From a virus, in IMG/VR virus record IMGVR_UViG_3300010935_000101, positions 29,068 to 93,067 of that record: a stretch of 64,000 nt of DNA, one strand, 5' to 3'. Below the pieces are notes generated by a model. The model did no database searches, was not told the origin of the DNA, and saw nothing but the letters and a program-made list of their open reading frames with translations. Shown piece after piece: positions 58,657 through 64,000 of this stretch (positions are counted from its first letter, which is position 1; each line of letters starts with the position of its first letter). The translations under genes and the position numbers were made by a program.

Positions 58657-58683
58657 CTAGGCTCTTCGGAGTCTAGTTTGTTT
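58657..58683 (+). terminator. UUCG intrinsic terminator
   Basis: CTAGGCTC-TTCG-GAGTCTAG-TTTGTTT. Confidence 0.7.
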
Positions 58684-58704
58684 CCCTCAATACAAAACAC
58701 ACGC

Positions 58705-58848
58705 TACACTACTCTGATAGTAGGTCCAGGACGGATTTACAAATATTTACATTTATTTGGAGTGATCCGTTTGCTACGCTGCGCTACGCAAGCCGGTAGC
58801 AACTATCAACCTGTTGAACCTGGACTCAGTACACTACGCCGATAGTAG
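58705..58848. other. Structured element: 19-bp direct repeats around a four-way junction
   Basis: TACACTAC(T/G)C(T/C)GATAGTAG at 58705 and 58830; nested inverted repeats between. Confidence 0.6.
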
Positions 58849-58851
58849 TTG

Positions 58852-59214
58852 TCAGTTATGTTTGAGTTTATCTACTGTAGTTCTAATGGCCTGTTCTTGT
58901 TTTTCTGTGATAGTTCCATTAGTCTGCAACCATTTAGCTACGCTCTGAGTAAACTCATTACTTGGTATTGTTTCTACTCCCACATAAGCACACAGTACTA
59001 CCAAATGTTCTTGTTCTTTTTGTAGCTTCTCCAATTTTTGCTGTTTTATTTCCTCTATAGCAACTTCTTTGTAAGCTTGCTTTTGGATTTCTTCATTACG
59101 CTTATCTTCTGCACTGAGTGTAACTGATATCTGGACCATGCTTAGTTCGGTAGCATCTAAACCACTTATTAGTAGCTTTAGTGCTTTTTGTTTTACTTTA
59201 TCTCTATTTCTCAT
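58852..59214 (-). CDS. Hypothetical coiled-coil protein
   Basis: Track labels it +, but CAT at 59212-59214 and TCA at 58852-58854 show it is on the minus strand. Confidence 0.7.
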   Translation of the reverse strand: MRNRDKVKQKALKLLISGLDATELSMVQISVTLSAEDKRNEEIQKQAYKEVAIEEIKQQKLEKLQKEQEHLVVLCAYVGVETIPSNEFTQSVAKWLQTNGTITEKQEQAIRTTVDKLKHN

Positions 59215-59938
59215 TGTAAATTAGTCCCTTAACAAATTTATAGTTAGCTAGTTCAACTAATGCTATTCTAGTTTGCACATCAGTAATCTTATTTATCTTT
59301 ACAAACTCATAGTACCACTCTTTACCTTTTTGAGTCTTAATTGCTGAGTCTTCAGACCATACATGCTCTTCATCAGCAACTGCTTTTTCTAAGTCTCTTT
59401 TGATATAAGCATAGATTGTTGATACTTTATTACTAGTTGTGTCGAACCCTTCAGCACTAACTATGTTTACTGAGTGCCCATCGAACAATGGTTGAATGAA
59501 TTCTGGTCTATGCTTAGCTATGAATTTACCATTCTTTAGTAATCCTTCACTTATTCCCCAAGCTCTTGCTACCTTTAGGTTATTTCCAGAACCTGGTCTG
59601 AGTGAGTCTCGGACGGCACTAATAACCTTCTGAGTGTGGGACAAGTTTCTCCTAGTATTCACTGACTTCACATAGATTCTTACTTCAGCTTCAGTAAGCT
59701 TATCATCTAATTCTCTGTACATTATATGGGAACCCAGCATCACTAATGATTTTTGCCTGCATCTACCATCAATTACTTTACCATGCCATAGCACTATTGG
59801 GTCTTGTTGTTGGTTATCAGCAATATCTTGTGTTAGCACAGCTTGTTCAACCTCATCTGCCATTGGCACTAAACCAGCCAACTCATCATTTATCTCAAAC
59901 GGTCCATCTTTACTCAATCTAACTTTTACATCTGTCAT
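59204..59938 (-). CDS. ParB/Srx-like N-terminal domain protein
   Basis: DI..N.Q..PIVLW.G.VIDGRCR...N.RRNLS; AAGGAG RBS. Confidence 0.7.
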   Translation of the reverse strand: MTDVKVRLSKDGPFEINDELAGLVPMADEVEQAVLTQDIADNQQQDPIVLWHGKVIDGRCRQKSLVMLGSHIMYRELDDKLTEAEVRIYVKSVNTRRNLSHTQKVISAVRDSLRPGSGNNLKVARAWGISEGLLKNGKFIAKHRPEFIQPLFDGHSVNIVSAEGFDTTSNKVSTIYAYIKRDLEKAVADEEHVWSEDSAIKTQKGKEWYYEFVKINKITDVQTRIALVELANYKFVKGLIYNEK

Positions 59939-60197
59939 ATCAACTCCTTTGTTTTATTACTGTAATTGTATCAATCTCTAGCTTAAATTCACCTTATTTT
60001 ATAGGGAATCAAGTATGATTTGAGGAAGGTTGCTAGTTCAATCGGACAAATCTGTCCGTTTTTGACTCCTGTTAAGTGTAATATATACATGTTCTGTCCG
60101 ATTTCCCCTCATAATTTAATTTATCATGAGGGAGTGTCTCACTCTCGTTTGGTTACAATACAAAACCACCAAACCAACCCTTTATTTTATCATTTCC

Positions 60198-60270
60198 AAA
60201 TTGTACTAAAATTGTACATAATTTATCAAATTGTACAATAATTGTACATAAATTCCAAAACTGTACAATT
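60198..60270. repeat. Five AATTGTAC(A)-type repeats
   Basis: Copies near 60199, 60210, 60229, 60240 and an inverted one at 60262-60270. Confidence 0.8.
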
Positions 60271-60303
60271 TCTATACATTTCTCCTAATTCTCATAACTT
60301 TCT

Positions 60304-60325
60304 TAATGCTTACGCATTATTATTT
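60304..60325 (+). promoter_or_regulatory. Candidate vRNAP hairpin promoter
   Basis: TAATGC-TTAC-GCATTA-TTATTT. Confidence 0.5.
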
Positions 60326-60398
60326 ATATTACATTCTCCTATGGAGTATTTACCTTTACTTTAGCTTATTGCTATTGTAGAGGTATTGCTTTTTTCTC

Positions 60399-60420
60399 TA
60401 GTGCTTACGCACTATTATTT
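60399..60420 (+). promoter_or_regulatory. Candidate vRNAP hairpin promoter
   Basis: TAGTGC-TTAC-GCACTA-TTATTT. Confidence 0.5.
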
Positions 60421-60554
60421 TTAAAGAATATTGTAATTCTAGCTTGCCAGCTTTTTGAGAGACCATATTCAACTCGTAGTAGCCTTTAAGTAGGCTACTA
60501 TTCTTTTTTTAATTGCCAACCCGTTTGGCCCACCTTAAATACATAGGAGTATAA

Positions 60555-60881
60555 ATGAACAAGTACATAAAACAATTAAATACTACAGGGAATATAACTT
60601 CACCCTATTCAGAAGTGGAAGCTTATGGAGACAAGTTGCTTATGGAACTTATGAAACTGAACACATATGGGTATACACCATCAGACTCTAAAGTAATAGA
60701 GTTTATCAATCAAATGGATTCTAGAATTGGAGAGACTCAATCAGAGGAATTGAAGAAACAGTATGTTGAAGGAATGACTTATATAAAAAATGTAATAAAA
60801 TTTGATATAACAAGTCAATTTCAGGATCTGGTACTAAACATAGAACTAGAAGCAGATAAAGAATGTGCAGGTATTTTATAA
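60555..60881 (+). CDS. Early hypothetical protein
   Basis: AGGAG RBS. Confidence 0.7.
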   Translation: MNKYIKQLNTTGNITSPYSEVEAYGDKLLMELMKLNTYGYTPSDSKVIEFINQMDSRIGETQSEELKKQYVEGMTYIKNVIKFDITSQFQDLVLNIELEADKECAGIL

Positions 60882-60933
60882 CCTGCTCAACCCAGGCTTA
60901 AATGCCTATAACCAAAATACACAGGAGCACAAT

Positions 60934-61092
60934 ATGAAAGTAGAACAAGCAGAACAAGTACAAGAAACAATAACAATGTATAAACATTGTATGTTAAGTT
61001 TAAAGGAAGTCGAGCAACGCTTAGGAACCATAATGGGTGGTGCTTGGTCAATAAGTTATATACTAGGGTCATTTACCTTAGTAAGCAAATAA
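60934..61092 (+). CDS. Small hypothetical protein
   Basis: Start moved to ATG 60934 (AGGAG). Confidence 0.5.
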   Translation: MKVEQAEQVQETITMYKHCMLSLKEVEQRLGTIMGGAWSISYILGSFTLVSK

Positions 61093-61117
61093 CCCTACCA
61101 AATTTAAGGAAAATTAC

Positions 61118-61357
61118 ATGAAGTTAAAAGACATCGCAAAGTTACCCTTCTCAGTCCGCTATATAAAAACTACCGACATACACAGTCAAACTTATACTAT
61201 AAATGTCAATGGCACAGAATTAATAGACCTACGTTTGGATAATCATATCCAACATGATGAGGTTATGTCAGATGGAGCATTAGCAGATTATTACTACGCA
61301 CAGTATCCGATAGATAGTTGGGAACCTTGTAGTAAGTATGGACATACCGTAAATTAG
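61118..61357 (+). CDS. Hypothetical protein
   Basis: AAGGA RBS. Confidence 0.6.
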   Translation: MKLKDIAKLPFSVRYIKTTDIHSQTYTINVNGTELIDLRLDNHIQHDEVMSDGALADYYYAQYPIDSWEPCSKYGHTVN

Positions 61358-61404
61358 CCTCATTCCCGTCTGAGCAATGGCGGGACAATCTAAAGGAGAT
61401 TAAC

Positions 61405-61731
61405 ATGGCATTTAAACGTAAGTGGGAATGTGAATATTGTGGTTATGAAATAACAGCAACAACAGAGGAAGCAGAAGGTATGTTATGTCCTTCCTGTGAG
61501 GGATATGAGCCTGCACCAGAACCTGAAGAGAGCCCTAAATGGTCAAAAGAAGAGCGTAACGAAAGATATAGAATTGCCTATCATTTACGTGGAAGTTCTT
61601 GGGAAGGAACTGAATCTTATATGTACTTAGGAAATTTAATAGATGGTCAAGCCGAAGTTTATCTTGCATTGAATGAACCTAGATCAGACAAAAAACATAG
61701 ACTTAACAAGGCTATAAGAGAGGGAAAGTAG
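61405..61731 (+). CDS. Zn-ribbon protein
   Basis: CEYC...CPSC; AAGGAG RBS. Confidence 0.65.
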   Translation: MAFKRKWECEYCGYEITATTEEAEGMLCPSCEGYEPAPEPEESPKWSKEERNERYRIAYHLRGSSWEGTESYMYLGNLIDGQAEVYLALNEPRSDKKHRLNKAIREGK

Positions 61732-61777
61732 GTTAATAAAGAATTCATTTTGAGTTCTTTTTTTCAACCAACCATTT

Positions 61778-61799
61778 TGTGCCTTACGGCACATTATTT
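61778..61799 (+). promoter_or_regulatory. Candidate vRNAP hairpin promoter
   Basis: TGTGCC-TTAC-GGCACA-TTATTT. Confidence 0.5.
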
Positions 61800-61833
61800 T
61801 TATTGATTTGAATCAAACCACAAAGGAAATCAT

Positions 61834-62157
61834 ATGATTATCAGAAACGAATACAAAGGTGACCTAGCATTGGGTCGTAGAGTCAAAACAACTGCTGTGG
61901 CATCGTTAGATACCATAACAGAGACTGCACAAGGTATTGCGGATGTTGTAACAACTGCTAGATCAGTAGTTGAATTAGTTCATGGTAGCTTACAACCAGC
62001 TATCATGGAACAACGAATTGAACTAGCCACTGTTGGTGCCAAAGGTCTAAGAGACCTAGTAGCATTGGGAATGACTAATGAAGAAGCTCACAGCTATCTA
62101 CAAATGTCATATCAAGCATCAACTAGTACAATTGCTAAAGCCGCTAAGTCAGCATAG
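61834..62157 (+). CDS. Early protein, likely paralogue of 57713-57991
   Basis: Shared D.V...R.VV.L...S.Q...E pattern. Confidence 0.7.
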   Translation: MIIRNEYKGDLALGRRVKTTAVASLDTITETAQGIADVVTTARSVVELVHGSLQPAIMEQRIELATVGAKGLRDLVALGMTNEEAHSYLQMSYQASTSTIAKAAKSA

Positions 62158-62160
62158 TAA

Positions 62161-62180
62161 GAGCCTACTTCGGTAGGTTC
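62161..62180 (+). terminator. UUCG hairpin
   Basis: GAGCCTAC-TTCG-GTAGGTTC after stop; no U-tract. Confidence 0.5.
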
Positions 62181-62218
62181 TATGGTGTGTTCACCAAATC
62201 AAATTTCTAAGGAAAAAC

Positions 62219-62887
62219 ATGAGTAAGAAAACAACAGCTAAGGCTGTAGAACTAACAGTTGCGCAAAAGATGGCAGTAGCAATTGCTAAAGCAAGAGAGT
62301 CTAGAAAGCAAGCTAAGGATGAGGCTAGATTGGCATTACTAGAAAATGGTAAATACGTGGACTATTTAGCATCTATCGAAGATGAAGCTGACCAAGTAGT
62401 TAAGTTAGCAACAATTATGGAACAGCTTAACAAGATGAAACCGATAGTAACCAACGATGGTACTAAGTATGGTGTCAATATATTTCCAATAGCGGAATAC
62501 GCGTTTGGACCAGTAATGAGCAGAGTTGTTGGTATTATCAATGGTGCATCATCAATGTTTACTGATGAACGACAAGCTGAGTTTGAAGCGATAACTGGGG
62601 TATCCCACTTATCAGCAACCAAAGCAGGGGATACTATTGGTAGCCCAGCATATTATTCAAAGGGCAACTTAGCAAATGCAATTCCAGCTAATGGTGCTTG
62701 TATAAATACAGCAATAACTGCAGTGTCTGATGCATTGGGCATTGATATAGCATATGCATCTAAAGTGAATGCTGATACTGTAGAGAGATGGTTTACTGTA
62801 GCTAAGAACAAAGCTGATAAACAGTATGCGGAATTTAAGAAAATTGAGATAGTGGACTCCGAGAACAACTTCGTTCTCGAGGATTAA
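62219..62887 (+). CDS. Ala-rich hypothetical protein
   Basis: AAGGA RBS, 222 aa. Confidence 0.75.
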   Translation: MSKKTTAKAVELTVAQKMAVAIAKARESRKQAKDEARLALLENGKYVDYLASIEDEADQVVKLATIMEQLNKMKPIVTNDGTKYGVNIFPIAEYAFGPVMSRVVGIINGASSMFTDERQAEFEAITGVSHLSATKAGDTIGSPAYYSKGNLANAIPANGACINTAITAVSDALGIDIAYASKVNADTVERWFTVAKNKADKQYAEFKKIEIVDSENNFVLED

Positions 62888-62931
62888 CAACATAGGGCTG
62901 TAACAGGCCCTTAACTAACCAAGGGGAAAAT

Positions 62932-64000
62932 ATGATACTAGCACAGATATTGGCAGGCAGACTAAGAATGCCTAACATACATGACATGAAAAGTGTATAT
63001 GGATTGGAAGTATACAAACAATTAGACGGTATGTTCTCAGCAATGTGGGAGGCATATCTAAGCAGAGGTCAGAGACAACTTGATAATGGTAGTATGACAA
63101 ATACTATATCTTTACCATATTGGGCTAAGAGAATTAAACATCCAAAAGCAATGAACCAAGCGCTCAAGCTATTGAGTGACCATGGTTGGATCACAGTATC
63201 AACTAGACCTAATAACAATTGGTCTGAAGCGCATATCAATGAATCTAAGTTACTTACTTATGTAACTCAATCTCAACTTAACAAAGTGCGTATGTATAAC
63301 AAATTTAACAAGTATAAACTAGAATTCCATAATCTTGACCAAGACTTTGGTGCTAACAAAATGAAAATTAATGGAGCAGTACATACAGTTAAACATAGCT
63401 GTAACGGCTTTGCAAAAGCTGGTAAAGTACCATTTCAGTATGATACTAACAAACTATTTGTTAACTTTGATGTCGTATTACGTGAAGTTAACAAGGGCAT
63501 CGAAAATATGATTGAGACTTATCCAGCAATCATTGATGACTATGCTAATTATCGTGAGATAGGTAAGAATGTACTTGAATCATTAATCTATGACGAAGGA
63601 ACATACAATGCTGGTCCTAGAACATCTGACCCTAGACATCGTAATAACTCTGGGTATCTCAACAAGGTAGCAAATCCAGTTGGGTTCAAAGTAATGCGTG
63701 GATTGCTAACTATCCCAGTTGAGCACCGTAACATATGTACTCCAAATGGGCTTCGCAATAAATACTTATTCATAGCTGAATTAGTTGGCTTCAAAGCAGG
63801 TTCAGTTGATGCTAAAACACAGTTCGGTAGATTAGCATATTATAATAGAACTATAACAAAGTGTGATGTCGAGGACATCTGGTTAGAGCGTTTGTATGCT
63901 GACATCGACAGTGCGTTTGGTAACAAATGGACTATGACAAGAAGTAACAAATTAGCAAAGATTAGTGAGTATAAATCAGGTTCTAATTGGCATATAGCTA
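62932..64000 (+). CDS. T7-like RNA polymerase subunit (N4 RNAPII large-subunit-like), truncated by window end; not in track
   Basis: Hand translation open to 64000; SDPRHRNN...NPVGFKVMRGLL aligns with T7-family DxRGR...NPQG.D..KGLL. Confidence 0.7.
   Translation, partial: MILAQILAGRLRMPNIHDMKSVYGLEVYKQLDGMFSAMWEAYLSRGQRQLDNGSMTNTISLPYWAKRIKHPKAMNQALKLLSDHGWITVSTRPNNNWSEAHINESKLLTYVTQSQLNKVRMYNKFNKYKLEFHNLDQDFGANKMKINGAVHTVKHSCNGFAKAGKVPFQYDTNKLFVNFDVVLREVNKGIENMIETYPAIIDDYANYREIGKNVLESLIYDEGTYNAGPRTSDPRHRNNSGYLNKVANPVGFKVMRGLLTIPVEHRNICTPNGLRNKYLFIAELVGFKAGSVDAKTQFGRLAYYNRTITKCDVEDIWLERLYADIDSAFGNKWTMTRSNKLAKISEYKSGSNWHIA

Noticed and set aside
58705-58760. Hammerhead ribozyme (CTGAT motif) or mini-CRISPR
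   Set aside because: No CUGAUGA...GAAA core in the right geometry; only two repeats and no cas genes
1-64000. Genome-wide stop-codon reassignment
   Set aside because: Genes are long and tightly packed under code 11, and TAA, TAG and TGA all act as stops; only one internal TAA was seen

Overview
Most of the genome of an N4-like lytic phage (Schitoviridae-type), about 35% GC by eye, apparently circularly permuted. 1-16.5 kb (+): replication and nucleotide metabolism (primase-like, AAA ATPase, SF1 helicase, ATP-dependent ligase, HU, class II RNR, MT-A70 methylase, dNMP kinase, ThyX, MazG-like) plus candidate anti-defence genes. 16.5-57.3 kb (-): virion block with N4 gene order (virion RNA polymerase, ejection proteins, capsid, scaffold, portal, lysis, tail fibre, terminase), then PhoH, a homing endonuclease and a ClpP-like protein. 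57.5-64 kb (mostly +): early region with hairpin promoter-like elements and the start of an N4 RNAPII-like subunit that runs off the window. Top observations: (1) the virion RNAP is split into 2967-aa and 1289-aa genes, each otherwise cysteine-free, with a single Cys three residues from the split on each side, suggesting covalent re-joining; (2) a radical SAM/SPASM enzyme sits inside the tail-fibre operon next to an unannotated 34-aa Cys/Thr/Asn peptide and a six-Cys tail protein, resembling a phage RiPP-like modification cassette; (3) a homing endonuclease cassette inserted into phoH, with an 18-bp direct repeat and a replacement 5' end; (4) a pseudoknot leader before another endonuclease; (5) six GTWA-loop hairpin promoter candidates; (6) a four-way-junction element flanked by direct repeats. 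No database searches were run. Family assignments come from motif recognition.
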